A DNA stretch of 64,000 nt from Planctomycetota bacterium (GCA_029259695.1 JAJDEQ010000144.1:1501-65500), one strand, 5' to 3'; numbered from the stretch's first letter, positions 8,141 to 20,534 are shown. Program-made: numbers and translations. Notes: generated by a model not told the origin, from the sequence alone.

Positions 8141-10669
8141 ATGCTGCGCCTCGCCCTGCCCGTCGTCTGCACCGCCCTCGCCGCGTGTTCGTCTGCCCCG
8201 CACCAGCCGGCCCCGCAGGTTGCCGCCGCCCCCGAGGCTCCCCGCGTTGCGGCGCCGTCCGAGGACGGTTCTGCGGCAGGGCTGCTCGACATGGGCTTCG
8301 TGCGCAACGACGGCCAGCTCGATCCGCGCGCCCGCTTCAGCTGGCGGCGCGGTGCGTCGTCCGCCTATGCCACGGACACCGGGTTCGCCCTGCAGTTCGT
8401 GGCGCCGCGCGACGACATCGGCGGGGCCAACCTGCTGTTCACGTTCGAGGGTGCCGCCGACGGTGTGCAGCTGAGCGGCGACGGGGAACGGGCCGGGCGC
8501 GTGCACGTCTACCGCGACGAGCACGCGTTCGTGCAGATCCCCAGCTTCGATCGTGTGCACTACACGGGCCTCTACGACGGCGTCGACCTGCGGCTGCGCG
8601 ACCACGACGGTCGCCTGGAGTACGACCTGCTGCTCGAACCCGGCGTCGACGCGAGCACCGTCGTGGTGCACTGCGACGGCGCCCGCTCGCTGTCCGTCGC
8701 GGACGACGGACGACTGCTGATCGAGACCGACGCAGGGCTGGTGTCCCAGAGCATCCCGGCCACGTGGGAGCGCACGGCGACCGGGGAGCAGCTGGCGCGG
8801 GAAGCGCGGTTCCGGGTGATCGACGCTGAACACTTCGGCTTCGACGTACCCGACCGCGAGCCGGCCCACGCGCTGGTGATCGATCCGGACATCACCTTCT
8901 CCAGCTTCCTGGGCGGCATCAACCGCGACGAGGCGCTGACCGTGGAGGTGGGGGCCGATGGGAAGGTCTACCTGGCGGGCCTCACCGGGTCGCCCGACTT
9001 CCCGGTGAGCGGCGGTGCGTTCCAGCGCACGCAGCTCGGCCTGACCGATGCGTTCGTGGCCAAGGTCGATCTCGACAGCGGGGCGATCGATTGGGCCACC
9101 TTCCTCGGCGGCACCGACGCCTTCATCCTGCAGAGCGACACGGCGTCGGACGTCGCGGTCGACGCCGCCGGCAACGTCTTCGTCACCGGCTGGGCGCCCG
9201 AGGGGGACTTCCCCACGACGACCGGCGCGCACGCCGAGGTCTCGGCGGGAGGCGTGGAGGCCTTCGTGGCCCGCTTCGGGACCACCGGCACCCTGACCTG
9301 GTCCACCTTCCTGGGCGGGGCGGACAACGACTTCGCCAACGCCATCGCGCTCAAGCCCAACGGCGACGTGGTCGTGACCGGGCACACCTTCTCGGACGGT
9401 GCCGGCGCCACCGCGGCCTTCCCGACGACGGCCGGTGCTTACGACGAGAGCTTCAACTCGGTCTTCTTCAGCAACGACGCCTTCGCCAGTTGCCTCTCCG
9501 CCGACGGCACGACGCTGGTCTGGTCGACGCTGCTGGGCGGCAGCCTGCGCGACGAGGCGACCGACATCGTGGCCGACGGCAGCGGCGACCTGTACCTGTC
9601 CGGCTTCACGCGCTCGAGCGACTACCCGTCGACCGTCGGCGCGTACGACGAGACGTTCAACAGCGGCACGCCCAACGAGTCGGACGCGTTCGTGGCCAAG
9701 CTCAGCGCGGACGGCTCCACGCTCGCGTGGTCCACGTTCCTGGGCGGTGTGGACGACGTGGAGGCCCAAGGCATCGCCTTGGGGGCGGCCGGCCTGCACG
9801 TCACCGGGCGTACGGTCACCGGCGACTTCCCCACGACCACCGGCGCGTTCCAGGAGACGTTCGGCGGCGGAAGCGCCGATGCCTTCGTGACCCAGCTCGC
9901 CCTCGACGGCACGGCCATCCTGTGGTCGTCGTTGCTCGGCGGGACGGGTGACGAGTGCGGCCTGGACCTGGCCATCGACGGGGCCGGCGCCACGACGCTG
10001 GTGGGCGTGACCACGTCCACCGACTTCCCCGCCGGCCAGCAGACCAACGACGCCACGGCCAACGGCCTGGAGGACGGCTTCCTCGCCAAGCTCGACGGGC
10101 CGGGCGGCAAGCTGCTGTTCAGCAGTTACTACGGCGCGGCGGACAACGACACCGCCCTCGGCGTGGGGCTGGACCTGTTTGGCGCCGCGGTGATCGCCGG
10201 GCGCACGACGTCGGCGGGCCTGACCCAGACGAGTCCGGCGCTGCAACCGGGCTACGGCGGCGACGGAGACGGCTTCGTGGCGCGCCTGGAGCTGCCGCCG
10301 TTCAGTGACCGCGGCTTCGGGCAGGCCGGCACCGGCGGCATCCAGCCGTTGCTCGTCGGCACCGGATCGCTCGAGCCCCTCAGCGCCGGCGCGCTCACCA
10401 TCAGCGGCGCCCTGGCCAGCTCGGTGGGCATCCTGTTCATCGGCTTCAGCGAGAACCCGGCGCCGTTCAAGCAGGGCTTCCTGGTCCCGGTACCGTTCTT
10501 CCTGGACCTGACGCTGCCCACCTTCGGTGGCACCCTGCCGCTGGCTTTCGCCGAGTGGCCCGCCGGGATCCCCGCCGGCTTCCAGTTCATCTTCCAGTTC
10601 GCCATCTCGGACCCGGTCGCACCGGGTGCCGTGTCCATGACGAACGCGCTGCGAGCGATCACGCCGTAG
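8141..10669 (+). CDS. SBBP/beta-propeller repeat surface lipoprotein with conserved C-terminal domain
   Basis: Lipobox LAAC. N-terminal FVRNDGQ...YTGLYDGVDLR...LEYDLLLEPG domain. Repeats of (W/F)STFLGG...D..G..Y..G.T.S.DFP.T.GA...DAFV. C-terminal ~125-aa domain ending NALRAITP. Confidence 0.85.
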   Translation: MLRLALPVVCTALAACSSAPHQPAPQVAAAPEAPRVAAPSEDGSAAGLLDMGFVRNDGQLDPRARFSWRRGASSAYATDTGFALQFVAPRDDIGGANLLFTFEGAADGVQLSGDGERAGRVHVYRDEHAFVQIPSFDRVHYTGLYDGVDLRLRDHDGRLEYDLLLEPGVDASTVVVHCDGARSLSVADDGRLLIETDAGLVSQSIPATWERTATGEQLAREARFRVIDAEHFGFDVPDREPAHALVIDPDITFSSFLGGINRDEALTVEVGADGKVYLAGLTGSPDFPVSGGAFQRTQLGLTDAFVAKVDLDSGAIDWATFLGGTDAFILQSDTASDVAVDAAGNVFVTGWAPEGDFPTTTGAHAEVSAGGVEAFVARFGTTGTLTWSTFLGGADNDFANAIALKPNGDVVVTGHTFSDGAGATAAFPTTAGAYDESFNSVFFSNDAFASCLSADGTTLVWSTLLGGSLRDEATDIVADGSGDLYLSGFTRSSDYPSTVGAYDETFNSGTPNESDAFVAKLSADGSTLAWSTFLGGVDDVEAQGIALGAAGLHVTGRTVTGDFPTTTGAFQETFGGGSADAFVTQLALDGTAILWSSLLGGTGDECGLDLAIDGAGATTLVGVTTSTDFPAGQQTNDATANGLEDGFLAKLDGPGGKLLFSSYYGAADNDTALGVGLDLFGAAVIAGRTTSAGLTQTSPALQPGYGGDGDGFVARLELPPFSDRGFGQAGTGGIQPLLVGTGSLEPLSAGALTISGALASSVGILFIGFSENPAPFKQGFLVPVPFFLDLTLPTFGGTLPLAFAEWPAGIPAGFQFIFQFAISDPVAPGAVSMTNALRAITP

Positions 10670-11012
10670 GCGCGGCACGGGGCGCCGTCACGGGCCCCTC
10701 GGGGGGCCTCGCACACGGCGGAATTGTGCCCTGACGGGCGGTCGGGCGTATTCCCAGGGGTGCCTGGGTGCTCTATGATCTCCCGCTTTCCCCAAGCCTC
10801 CACAACTCAGTATGTGTGGGGCGGCCGGGAAGGACGTTGCAGGGAACGCGTGCTCACCAGCCGGGGTTCATTGCCCGGGGCGCGCTGCTCTCGGCCGCGT
10901 CCCCCCCCGATCTCAGGGCCCCCGCAGGGCGGGGCAGATCACCGGGGCAAGCTCGCGCGCCCGCGAACTCCCCGAACACGAGCATCAACGAAACGACGGA
11001 AGCTGCATCACC

Positions 11013-12773
11013 ATGACGACGAACCAGACGCTGAAGAGTTGGGTCGACGAGGTCGCCACGCTCACCAAGCCGGAGAAGATCCACTGGTGCGACGGCAGTC
11101 AGGCCGAGTACGACAAGCTCATCAGCGAGATGGTCGCCGACGGCACGATGCAGGAGCTCGACCAGCAGAAGTGGCCGGGCTGCTACTACCACCGCAGCGC
11201 CTCCAACGACGTGGCGCGCGTCGAGCACCTCACCTTCATCTGCTCCGAGAAGGAAGAGGACGCCGGCCCCAACAACAACTGGGGCAACCCGAGCGAGTGG
11301 AAGCAGAAGCTGACGGGCCTGTTCGACGGCTGCATGGCCGGCCGCACGATGTACGTGGTGCCCTACTGCATGGGCCCGCTGTCGTCGCCCTACAGCAAGG
11401 TCGGCATCGAGATCACCGACAGCCCCTACGTCACCGTGAACATGCGCGTCATGACGCGCATGGGTGAAGGCGCCCTGAACAAGCTCGGCGACAGCACCGA
11501 CTTCGTGCGCGGTCTCCACAGCATCGGGCAGCTCGACCCCGACAACCGCTACATCTGCCACTTCCCCGAGACCCGCGAGATCATGTCGTTCGGTTCGGGT
11601 TACGGCGGCAACGCGCTGCTGGGCAAGAAGTGCCACGCCCTGCGCATCGCGTCGGCCCAGGCCCGCGACGAGGGCTGGATGGCCGAGCACATGCTGATCC
11701 TGGGCCTCGAGAGTCCGCAGGGCGAGACCAAGTACGTCTGCGCCGCGTTCCCCAGCGCCTGCGGCAAGACGAACCTGGCCATGCTCGAGCCGCCGGCCGA
11801 GTACAAGGGCTGGAAGGCCTGGTGCGTGGGCGACGACATCGCCTGGCTGCGTTACGCCGACGACGGTCGCCTGTGGGCGATCAACCCCGAGTCGGGGTTC
11901 TTCGGCGTGGCCCCCGGCACCTCCGAGAAGTCCAACCCCAGCGCGCTGGCATCGCTGCGCAAGAACAGCATCTTCACCAACACGGCCATCACCGATGACG
12001 GCCAGCCGTGGTGGGAGGGTCTCGGCGAGCCGCCGGCGAAGGCCACCGATTGGAAGGGCAACCCCTGGACGCCCGCCAGCGAGGGCAAGGCGGCCCACCC
12101 CAACAGCCGCTTCACCGCGCCGGCCGAGCAGTGCCCGGTGATCAGCCCCGAGTTCGACGCGGCCGACGGCGTGCCGATCGACGCGTTCATCTTCGGCGGT
12201 CGTCGCGCGCGCGTGGCGCCGCTCGTGTTCCAGGCCTTCGACTGGAACCACGGCGTGTACGTGGGTGCCATGGCGGCGTCCGAGACGACGGCGGCCGCGA
12301 CCGGCGCGGTCGGCGTGGTGCGTCGCGACCCGATGGCCATGAAGCCCTTCTGTGGCTACAACTACGGCGACTACTTCGCGCACTGGCTGAAGATGGGCGC
12401 CAAGAGCGAGAAGGCGCCGAAGATCTTCCACGTGAACTGGTTCCGCCAGGACGACAACGGCGACTTCGTCTGGCCGGGTTTCGGTCAGAACATGCGCGTG
12501 CTCGAGTGGGTGCTCAAGCGCTGCGCCGGCGACGCCGAAGCGGTCCAGACGCCGATCGGTTTCGTGCCCGCCGAGGGCGACGTGAACCTGGACGGCAGCG
12601 GCGTGGACGAGGGCACCATGAAGGACCTGCTCGACGTCGACCCCGAGGAGTGGCAGAGCGAGCTGGCCGGGCAGAAGGAGTTCCTGGAGCAGTTCGGGGA
12701 CAAGATGCCCAAGGAGATGTGGGACCAGTACCACGCGCTGGCCGAGAGGTTGTCGGCTGTAGGCGCGCGCTGA
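11013..12773 (+). CDS. pckG: Phosphoenolpyruvate carboxykinase (GTP)
   Basis: Motifs SNDVARVE, FGSGYGGNALLGKKC, AFPSACGKTNLAM, CVGDDIAW, NPESGFFGVAPGT, AHPNSRF, DPMAMKPF. Start at MTTNQTL. Confidence 0.97.
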   Translation: MTTNQTLKSWVDEVATLTKPEKIHWCDGSQAEYDKLISEMVADGTMQELDQQKWPGCYYHRSASNDVARVEHLTFICSEKEEDAGPNNNWGNPSEWKQKLTGLFDGCMAGRTMYVVPYCMGPLSSPYSKVGIEITDSPYVTVNMRVMTRMGEGALNKLGDSTDFVRGLHSIGQLDPDNRYICHFPETREIMSFGSGYGGNALLGKKCHALRIASAQARDEGWMAEHMLILGLESPQGETKYVCAAFPSACGKTNLAMLEPPAEYKGWKAWCVGDDIAWLRYADDGRLWAINPESGFFGVAPGTSEKSNPSALASLRKNSIFTNTAITDDGQPWWEGLGEPPAKATDWKGNPWTPASEGKAAHPNSRFTAPAEQCPVISPEFDAADGVPIDAFIFGGRRARVAPLVFQAFDWNHGVYVGAMAASETTAAATGAVGVVRRDPMAMKPFCGYNYGDYFAHWLKMGAKSEKAPKIFHVNWFRQDDNGDFVWPGFGQNMRVLEWVLKRCAGDAEAVQTPIGFVPAEGDVNLDGSGVDEGTMKDLLDVDPEEWQSELAGQKEFLEQFGDKMPKEMWDQYHALAERLSAVGAR

Positions 12774-12792
12774 TGTCCCGGCGGGCCACCCC

Positions 12793-13986
12793 GTGGCCCT
12801 GACACGCGACGAGCGAACCGTCGTCGGGTTCGCGTCGGCGGGGCACTTCATGTGCCACGGCGCGAAGATGGCCCTGCCGGCCCTGACGCTGTCGCGGCCG
12901 GCGCGCGATCTCGGCGTGTCGCTCAGCGACATGTCCCTGGCCATGGTGGCCTTCGGCATCAGCATGGGCTGCGCGTCACTGCCGGCCGGCCTGATGGCCG
13001 ATCGCTTCGGCGCGGCGCGGGTGGTCAACCTCTTCTTCTGGGCCACGGCACTGGGCGCGTTCCTGTGCTGGTCGGCGACGACCTACCAGAGCTTCCTGTT
13101 CGCCAACATCGTCCTGGGCGGCGCCGCGGGGCTGTATCACCCCGCCGGCCTGGGGCTGCTCTCGCTGACCATCGACAAGCCCCGACGGGGCTTCGCCATG
13201 GGGCTGCACGGCATGGCCGGCCCGGTGGGCATGGCGGTCACGCCGCTGCTCATGGGGCTGCTCGCCGCCCAGGGTGACTGGCGTACGGGGTTTGCCGCAC
13301 TGGCCGTTGCGGCCGGGGCGTGCGCCATCGCCGGGCACGTGTTGCGCGGGCGCGGCGCGATCTACGACGACGTCCCGCGCCGTCACGACACGGGGCCGGC
13401 CCAGAGCGTGCTGCACACACGGGCGGTGCTGCTGGTCGCGGTCGTGGCCGTGAACGCGTTCATGCTCGACGGCTTCTCGGCGATCTACGGTGACTCGGTC
13501 GAGTTGCACGGGGTCTGGATGTGGGACCTCGAGGTGGTGTTGTTCGCGATCCTCGCACTCGGCGCCTCGGGTCAGTTCGCCGGGGGCCTGATCGCCAAGG
13601 GCGACGGCCGTCGGCGTCGCTACGCGCTCGTGGTGACGGTCCAGCCGATCCTGTTGCTGGGGGCCGGCTTCTTCCTCGGCGAACCCCTGCTGCCGTTCGT
13701 GCTCATGGCCGGCTTCGCCTTCGCCAACTTCATGACCCAACCGTTGGAGAACGAACTCCTGGCCGGGTTCACCGCGCGCACCAGGCGCGGCACCGCCTAC
13801 GCGTTGAAGTTCCTCGTGGGGCTGCTGGTGGGGGCGCCGGCGCCGTTCGTCGTGGCGCGCATCGCCGAGACGCGCGGTTTCGCACCGGCCTGGACCACGC
13901 TGGGAACCATCGGCCTGCTGGCGGTTGTGCTGGCGGTGGTGTTCACCGCGGTCTCACGCCGCATGGCGATCGAGGACGTGCACTAG
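12793..13986 (+). CDS. MFS transporter
   Basis: About 12 hydrophobic segments; PAGLMADRFGAARV (MFS motif A-like) and GLYHPAG. Confidence 0.85.
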   Translation: MALTRDERTVVGFASAGHFMCHGAKMALPALTLSRPARDLGVSLSDMSLAMVAFGISMGCASLPAGLMADRFGAARVVNLFFWATALGAFLCWSATTYQSFLFANIVLGGAAGLYHPAGLGLLSLTIDKPRRGFAMGLHGMAGPVGMAVTPLLMGLLAAQGDWRTGFAALAVAAGACAIAGHVLRGRGAIYDDVPRRHDTGPAQSVLHTRAVLLVAVVAVNAFMLDGFSAIYGDSVELHGVWMWDLEVVLFAILALGASGQFAGGLIAKGDGRRRRYALVVTVQPILLLGAGFFLGEPLLPFVLMAGFAFANFMTQPLENELLAGFTARTRRGTAYALKFLVGLLVGAPAPFVVARIAETRGFAPAWTTLGTIGLLAVVLAVVFTAVSRRMAIEDVH

Positions 13987-14043
13987 CAGCGGCGGCAATT
14001 GCTCCCGTGCCGCCTGTCGGCGCGGAGGACTCTTCGCACCGGG

Positions 14044-14532
14044 CTAGCCGTCGTCGCTGCCCGTGTCGAGCAGCTGATCTCCCGGCGGCAGCTCGCGACG
14101 CCCGCGGCGCTTCTCCCGGCCTGCCATGCGCCCTTTGTGGGAGAACCACGAGCGGCGCATGTCCTCGAAGCTGCTGCGGAAGTCGTCGCGCCGGTCGGCG
14201 GGGATCTGGGCGGCGATCTCGTCGGTGAAACGATCGAGTTCCGGGTCGACCTGGGACAGCATGCTCTCGCGTGCCTGCATCAGCGCCTGATGGCGGCGGC
14301 GCACGACCTCGCGCACGCGCGCGGTCTGCTCGTCGTCCAGCTCGAAGCGCTCGGCGATGCGGCCCGCGATGCGTTCGGACATGCGCTCGGGGTGCTCCCA
14401 GGCCTCACGGCTCTGATTCCGAATCCACATCATCGTCGCGCCGCCGCCGACGATCGCGCCGGAGACGAAGATCACCACGCTCAGGAGCACCACGAGCCAG
14501 GTCCGTCCGTGAATCCTGCGTTCGGTCGTCAT
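14044..14532 (-). CDS. Periplasmic heavy-metal-sensor/ZraP-like helical protein
   Basis: N-terminal TM (LVVLLSVVIFVSGAIVGGG); RFELDDEQTARVREVV motif; overlaps the anti-sigma stop codon. Confidence 0.65.
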   Translation of the reverse strand: MTTERRIHGRTWLVVLLSVVIFVSGAIVGGGATMMWIRNQSREAWEHPERMSERIAGRIAERFELDDEQTARVREVVRRRHQALMQARESMLSQVDPELDRFTDEIAAQIPADRRDDFRSSFEDMRRSWFSHKGRMAGREKRRGRRELPPGDQLLDTGSDDG

Positions 14533-14798
14533 TGCAGGCTCATGTCCATGGAGCGCAGCAACTCGGCCAGCGGGTCGGTGACCCCGTTCCAGCTGGGGAG
14601 CGAGACGAAGGCCACGATCAGGGCGACCGCGACGGACACGCCGGCGCAGGCCAGGACGACGCGGTCGGGGACCGCGGACACGCGCCGGTCGCGCGCGCTG
14701 CGGATGCGGGTCATGACCGTGCCCGTGACCTGCACGTGTTCCGGGGCGTCGTGTGCCGCGCGTGCCGCGAGTCGCTCGAAGTCGGGGATGTTGGTCAT
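14529..14798 (-). CDS. Putative anti-sigma factor (single TM)
   Basis: 89 aa starting MTNIPDFERLAARA, one TM segment, translationally coupled to the ECF sigma (ATGA overlap at 14795-14798). Confidence 0.65.
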   Translation of the reverse strand: MTNIPDFERLAARAAHDAPEHVQVTGTVMTRIRSARDRRVSAVPDRVVLACAGVSVAVALIVAFVSLPSWNGVTDPLAELLRSMDMSLQ

Positions 14799-15559
14799 GC
14801 TGCCCGCCCCTCGTCGAGCGCCTTGAGCCGCTTGCGCGCGCGGTGGGCCTGCACCTTCACCATGGTGCGGCTCCAGCCGGTGAGCGTGGCGGCTTCTTCC
14901 ACCGTGCACCCCTCCAGGTACATCAGCGTCAGCACGAGTCGATCACGAGGGCGCAGGCGGGCGAGCAGGGCGTGCACGTACTCGGCGGTGTCGTGAGCTT
15001 CGGCGCTGCGGCTCTCGGCGCCGCTGCCGTGGCCGGGGCTTCCGCCGGACGGCTCGGGGAGTTCGGCCAGGGGCAGCGGGTTGCGGGCGCTGCGTCTCCA
15101 ATGGCGGTAGCCGACGCGCGTGGCGATGCGGCGCAGCCAGTGCACGAGCGGCGCGTCGCCGCGGTAGCTGTGCAGGCTGGAGTAGGCCTCCACGAAGACG
15201 TCCTGCACGAGTTCTTCGTAGGTGGCGGGGTCGCGCGCGAAGCGGTACATGTGCCGGGCGATGGTCTGCTGGTGACGTTCCACGATGCGCGCGAAGCCGT
15301 CCTGATCGCCGCCACGGACGGCGTCCAGGTCGAGGGCGTCGGCTCGCTGGGTGAGATCGGCGCCGGTCTCGCCGTCGGTCATGGCGCTCTCGTCACTCAC
15401 CTGGACGGCGTCTTGCGCGGAGGGCACCCGGGCTCGTGGCTGCAACGCCGAGGCGAAGGGCGCCAGGCAACGTTCCAGTTCACGCCAGGCGAGGGCGAGG
15501 CGTGCCGCGTCCGCAGATGCGTGGGGCACTCGGGCGAAGTCGGCGGTGAGCGAAGTCAT
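14795..15559 (-). CDS. ECF RNA polymerase sigma factor (alternative start 15382)
   Basis: GDQDGFARIVERHQ, EELVQDVFVEAY, WLRRIATR (region 2); LVLTLMYLEGCTVEEAATLTGWSRTMVKVQAHRARKRL (region 4). Confidence 0.9.
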   Translation of the reverse strand: MTSLTADFARVPHASADAARLALAWRELERCLAPFASALQPRARVPSAQDAVQVSDESAMTDGETGADLTQRADALDLDAVRGGDQDGFARIVERHQQTIARHMYRFARDPATYEELVQDVFVEAYSSLHSYRGDAPLVHWLRRIATRVGYRHWRRSARNPLPLAELPEPSGGSPGHGSGAESRSAEAHDTAEYVHALLARLRPRDRLVLTLMYLEGCTVEEAATLTGWSRTMVKVQAHRARKRLKALDEGRAA

Positions 15560-15583
15560 GACGGGTGTCGTGGGCTTTCGGGG

Positions 15584-16162
15584 TCAGCGTCTCGCCGGCC
15601 GTCGCCGGGTCGCTTGCTCGGCACGTGCTGCGCGCAGGGATTGCAGGCGCTGCAACTGCTCGCCGTCGAGCACCGTACGCAACTCGGCGCCCAGGCGTGC
15701 GCGCCGGATGGCTGCTTCGCCCCGGGCGCTGCCCAGACGCTGGGCACTGTCGCGCACCAGGCCTTCTTGCAGTGCGTCGGCGCGGGCGGCGGCGTGCAGG
15801 GCCTGACGGGCGGCGCGGAGCGATTCGCGCGTCGTCTTCAGGCCCTCGCGATGCTGTTCGACGACGGCGCGCACCCGGCCACGTTGCTCGTCACTCAGCT
15901 CCAGTCCGCGCAGGGCGCCCCTGCGGCCGGCTCGTTCTGCACGCTGGCGGATGGGCCCGGCAGCCTGGCGGCCGCCGGGCAGGCCGCGGCGCCTGGCTCC
16001 CCGGCGGACGTCGTCGCCGACCACGGCTGTGCCGGGGCCGGGCCCGGCGAGGCGCCCAGCGGAGGCTGGCTCGTCGTCGGCGTGGGGCGCGGGCGAGCTC
16101 GTCATCAGCCCTGCACCGAGAACCGCGGCGGCGAGCGGGGCGAGCAGGGCGGGGAGCGGCAT
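15584..16162 (-). CDS. Spy/CpxP family periplasmic chaperone
   Basis: Signal peptide; two LTxxQ-like motifs (LELSDEQ, VLDGEQ). Confidence 0.75.
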   Translation of the reverse strand: MPLPALLAPLAAAVLGAGLMTSSPAPHADDEPASAGRLAGPGPGTAVVGDDVRRGARRRGLPGGRQAAGPIRQRAERAGRRGALRGLELSDEQRGRVRAVVEQHREGLKTTRESLRAARQALHAAARADALQEGLVRDSAQRLGSARGEAAIRRARLGAELRTVLDGEQLQRLQSLRAARAEQATRRRPARR

Positions 16163-16340
16163 GGCGCTGGTTCCGGAGGGTCGAGAGGGCCGGAGCGGCC
16201 GGAGCGGAGAGGGGTGTCAGGCAAAGCTGCGCTGGAGCCCGGGGGGCGGGCGCAGGCCCCTGGTGTGGTGCGGCCCGGTCCAGGTTACAGCGCCTGCGCG
16301 GGCGGTGGGGCCAGGCGCCTCCCGTGCGCGGGCGACCGGC

Positions 16341-17561
16341 TCACAGCGCCGCCAGCGCCTGATCGAAGTCGGCGATCAGATCCTCGGGGCCTTCCAGACC
16401 GATCGAGACCCGGATCAGGCCCTCGCCGATGCCGCCGCGCGCGCGCTCCTCCGGCGTGAGCGGGGCGTGGGTCGTGGACGCCGCGTGGACCGCGAGGGTC
16501 TCGATGCCACCCAGGCTCACCGCGTGAGTGGCCAGGCGCAGGGCTTCGAGCACGCGTTTGCCCGCTTCGAAGCCGCCCGCCACCTCGAAGGCGAGCATGC
16601 CGCCGAAGCCCTTCATCTGCCGGCGCGCGATGGCGTGTCCGGGGTGATCGGGCAGCCCCGGGTAGTGCACGAGGTCCACGCTCGGGTGTGCGGCCAGGAA
16701 GCGGGCGATGGTGAGTGCCGAGGCGTTCTGGCGTTCGACGCGCAGCGGCATGGTGCGCAGTCCGCGCAGCACGAGCCACGAATCGTGAGGGCTCGGACAA
16801 CCGCCGAAGATCTTGAGGTAGGGCCAGACCTGGTCGATCCAGGTCTGCTTGCCCACGACGGCCCCGGCGATCACGTCGCTGTGTCCGTTGAGGTACTTGG
16901 TGGCGGACTGCACGACGGCATCGATGCCCAGTTCGATCGGGCGTGTGTTGCAGGGTGAAGCCCAGGTGTTGTCGGCGATGGTGAAGACGCCGCGCGCGCG
17001 GCCCAGTGCGGCGACGGTCGCCAGGTCGGTGATGGCGAGCGTGGGGTTGGCCGGCGTTTCGACGTAGAGCAGCTTCGTGTTGTCGCGCACCGCGGCCTCG
17101 AAGGCACCTGGTTCACCGGGGTCGACGAAGGTCGTCTCCACGCCGAGCGGCGCGAGCACCCGATCGAACAGCTCGGTCATGCCGGCGTACAGGCAGTTGG
17201 CCGCCACCACGTGGTCGCCGCCGCGCACCATCGCCATCACGGCCGTGACCCCGGCGGCCATGCCCGAGGCGAAGGCCAAGGCCGCCTCGCCGCCCTCGAG
17301 TTCGGCGTAGGCCCGTTCGAGCACCTTCGTGGTGGGGTTGCCCCAGCGCGTGTAGAGCTCGCCCGGAGCGACCGAGCTGCACATCCCGGCGCCGTGTTCG
17401 GCGGAGTCGAAACGGAAGGTCGACGTCTGGAACACCGGCGGCGACAGGGCGGAGCCGTCGTGGGCCGAGGCGCCGGCGTGCACGGCGAGGGTCGAGGGGT
17501 CGCGCCGGGGGTGGTCATCGCGCGGGCCGTGGTCACCGTCCGCGGTGGGGGCATCGGTCAT
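16341..17561 (-). CDS. Cys/Met metabolism PLP-dependent enzyme (methionine gamma-lyase / cystathionine gamma-synthase family)
   Basis: PPVFQTSTF, YTRWGNPT, FASGMAA, ETPANP, DNTWASP, SATKYLNGHSD, VSLGG, GLIRVSIGLE. Confidence 0.92.
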   Translation of the reverse strand: MTDAPTADGDHGPRDDHPRRDPSTLAVHAGASAHDGSALSPPVFQTSTFRFDSAEHGAGMCSSVAPGELYTRWGNPTTKVLERAYAELEGGEAALAFASGMAAGVTAVMAMVRGGDHVVAANCLYAGMTELFDRVLAPLGVETTFVDPGEPGAFEAAVRDNTKLLYVETPANPTLAITDLATVAALGRARGVFTIADNTWASPCNTRPIELGIDAVVQSATKYLNGHSDVIAGAVVGKQTWIDQVWPYLKIFGGCPSPHDSWLVLRGLRTMPLRVERQNASALTIARFLAAHPSVDLVHYPGLPDHPGHAIARRQMKGFGGMLAFEVAGGFEAGKRVLEALRLATHAVSLGGIETLAVHAASTTHAPLTPEERARGGIGEGLIRVSIGLEGPEDLIADFDQALAAL

Positions 17562-17722
17562 GTGGGCTCTCGGTTGCCGCGCGTCGGCGCCCGGGTCCGG
17601 GGAGGCCGTCGGCGGTCGTGATCTGGTACGGGCATGTGTGCCGCACACGATCATGATGTCATCTGAGTCGCGTTGGCAACACGAGCAGCGCGCGTCTGCG
17701 CCGGTCGCTATAACGGGCGCCC

Positions 17723-19819
<2,097 letters not shown>

Positions 19820-19866
19820 CCGTTGATCGGTTGACTGCCGGGCTGACGCCCGTTCAGCTCTCGAGC

Positions 19867-19912
19867 GACTCGCTCAGTTCTTGAGTGACTCGCTCAGTTC
19901 TTGAGTGACTCG
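19867..19912. repeat. Perfect 20-bp tandem duplication covering the rhodanese stop codon
   Basis: gactcgctcagttcttgagt x2 (19867-19906) plus gactcg. Confidence 0.9.
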
Positions 19913-20319
19913 TATGTCGACGCGTCGCTCTCGATCGGCAGCCCCGACGCCTGCCAGCCCTCGACGAGCACGCTGCCCATGGGGTCGCGTCGCCCGCCGA
20001 ATCCACCGTCCACGTTCACCAGGTCGCCGTAACCCGCGGCTTCCAGTTCGTGACATGCCTTCAGCGAACGCCCGCCGGCCTGACACGAGATGAACAACGT
20101 CGTGTCGCTGGCGTAGTGCTTGCGCATGGTCGGCAGGAATCCCGCGTTGTGCGCCATCTGCCCGCTCGCGGGATCGATGATCGCCCAGGGCACGTTCACC
20201 GCGCCGGCGGGATGTCCCGCGTCGTACTCCTGCACGGTGCGCACATCGACGAAGACGTGGCCATCAGTGCCCGCCATCGCATCGCGGGCGGCCTTGGGGT
20301 CGAGGCTACGGATCGGCAT
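19894..20319 (-). CDS. Rhodanese-like domain protein
   Basis: FVDVRTVQEYDAGHPAGAVNVP; active-site loop SCQAGGRS; VDGGF. Confidence 0.9.
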   Translation of the reverse strand: MPIRSLDPKAARDAMAGTDGHVFVDVRTVQEYDAGHPAGAVNVPWAIIDPASGQMAHNAGFLPTMRKHYASDTTLFISCQAGGRSLKACHELEAAGYGDLVNVDGGFGGRRDPMGSVLVEGWQASGLPIESDASTYESLKN

Positions 20320-20321
20320 TG

Positions 20322-20534
20322 TCAGTTGGCAGCGACGCGAACGACGTGCTTGGCACGATCGCCGTTCGACCCCGCCTCGATCTCGAACTCCACTTGCGCG
20401 CCCTCTTCGAGCGAGCGGAATCCCTCACCCTCGATGTCGCTGTAATGAACGAAGACATCCTTGTCCCTGCCGGGAACCTGAATGAAACCGTAACCCTTCT
20501 CGTCGCTGAACCACTTCACGCTACCGACAGGCAT
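20322..20534 (-). CDS. Cold-shock domain protein
   Basis: GSVKWFSDEKGYGFI (RNP1), DVFVHYSDI (RNP2), GFRSLEEG. Confidence 0.95.
   Translation of the reverse strand: MPVGSVKWFSDEKGYGFIQVPGRDKDVFVHYSDIEGEGFRSLEEGAQVEFEIEAGSNGDRAKHVVRVAAN

Noticed and set aside
17562-17722. SAM riboswitch upstream of the Cys/Met lyase
   Set aside because: Only a GGCAACC-like word is present; the other conserved SAM-I elements are not recognisable. The region is a short divergent promoter.
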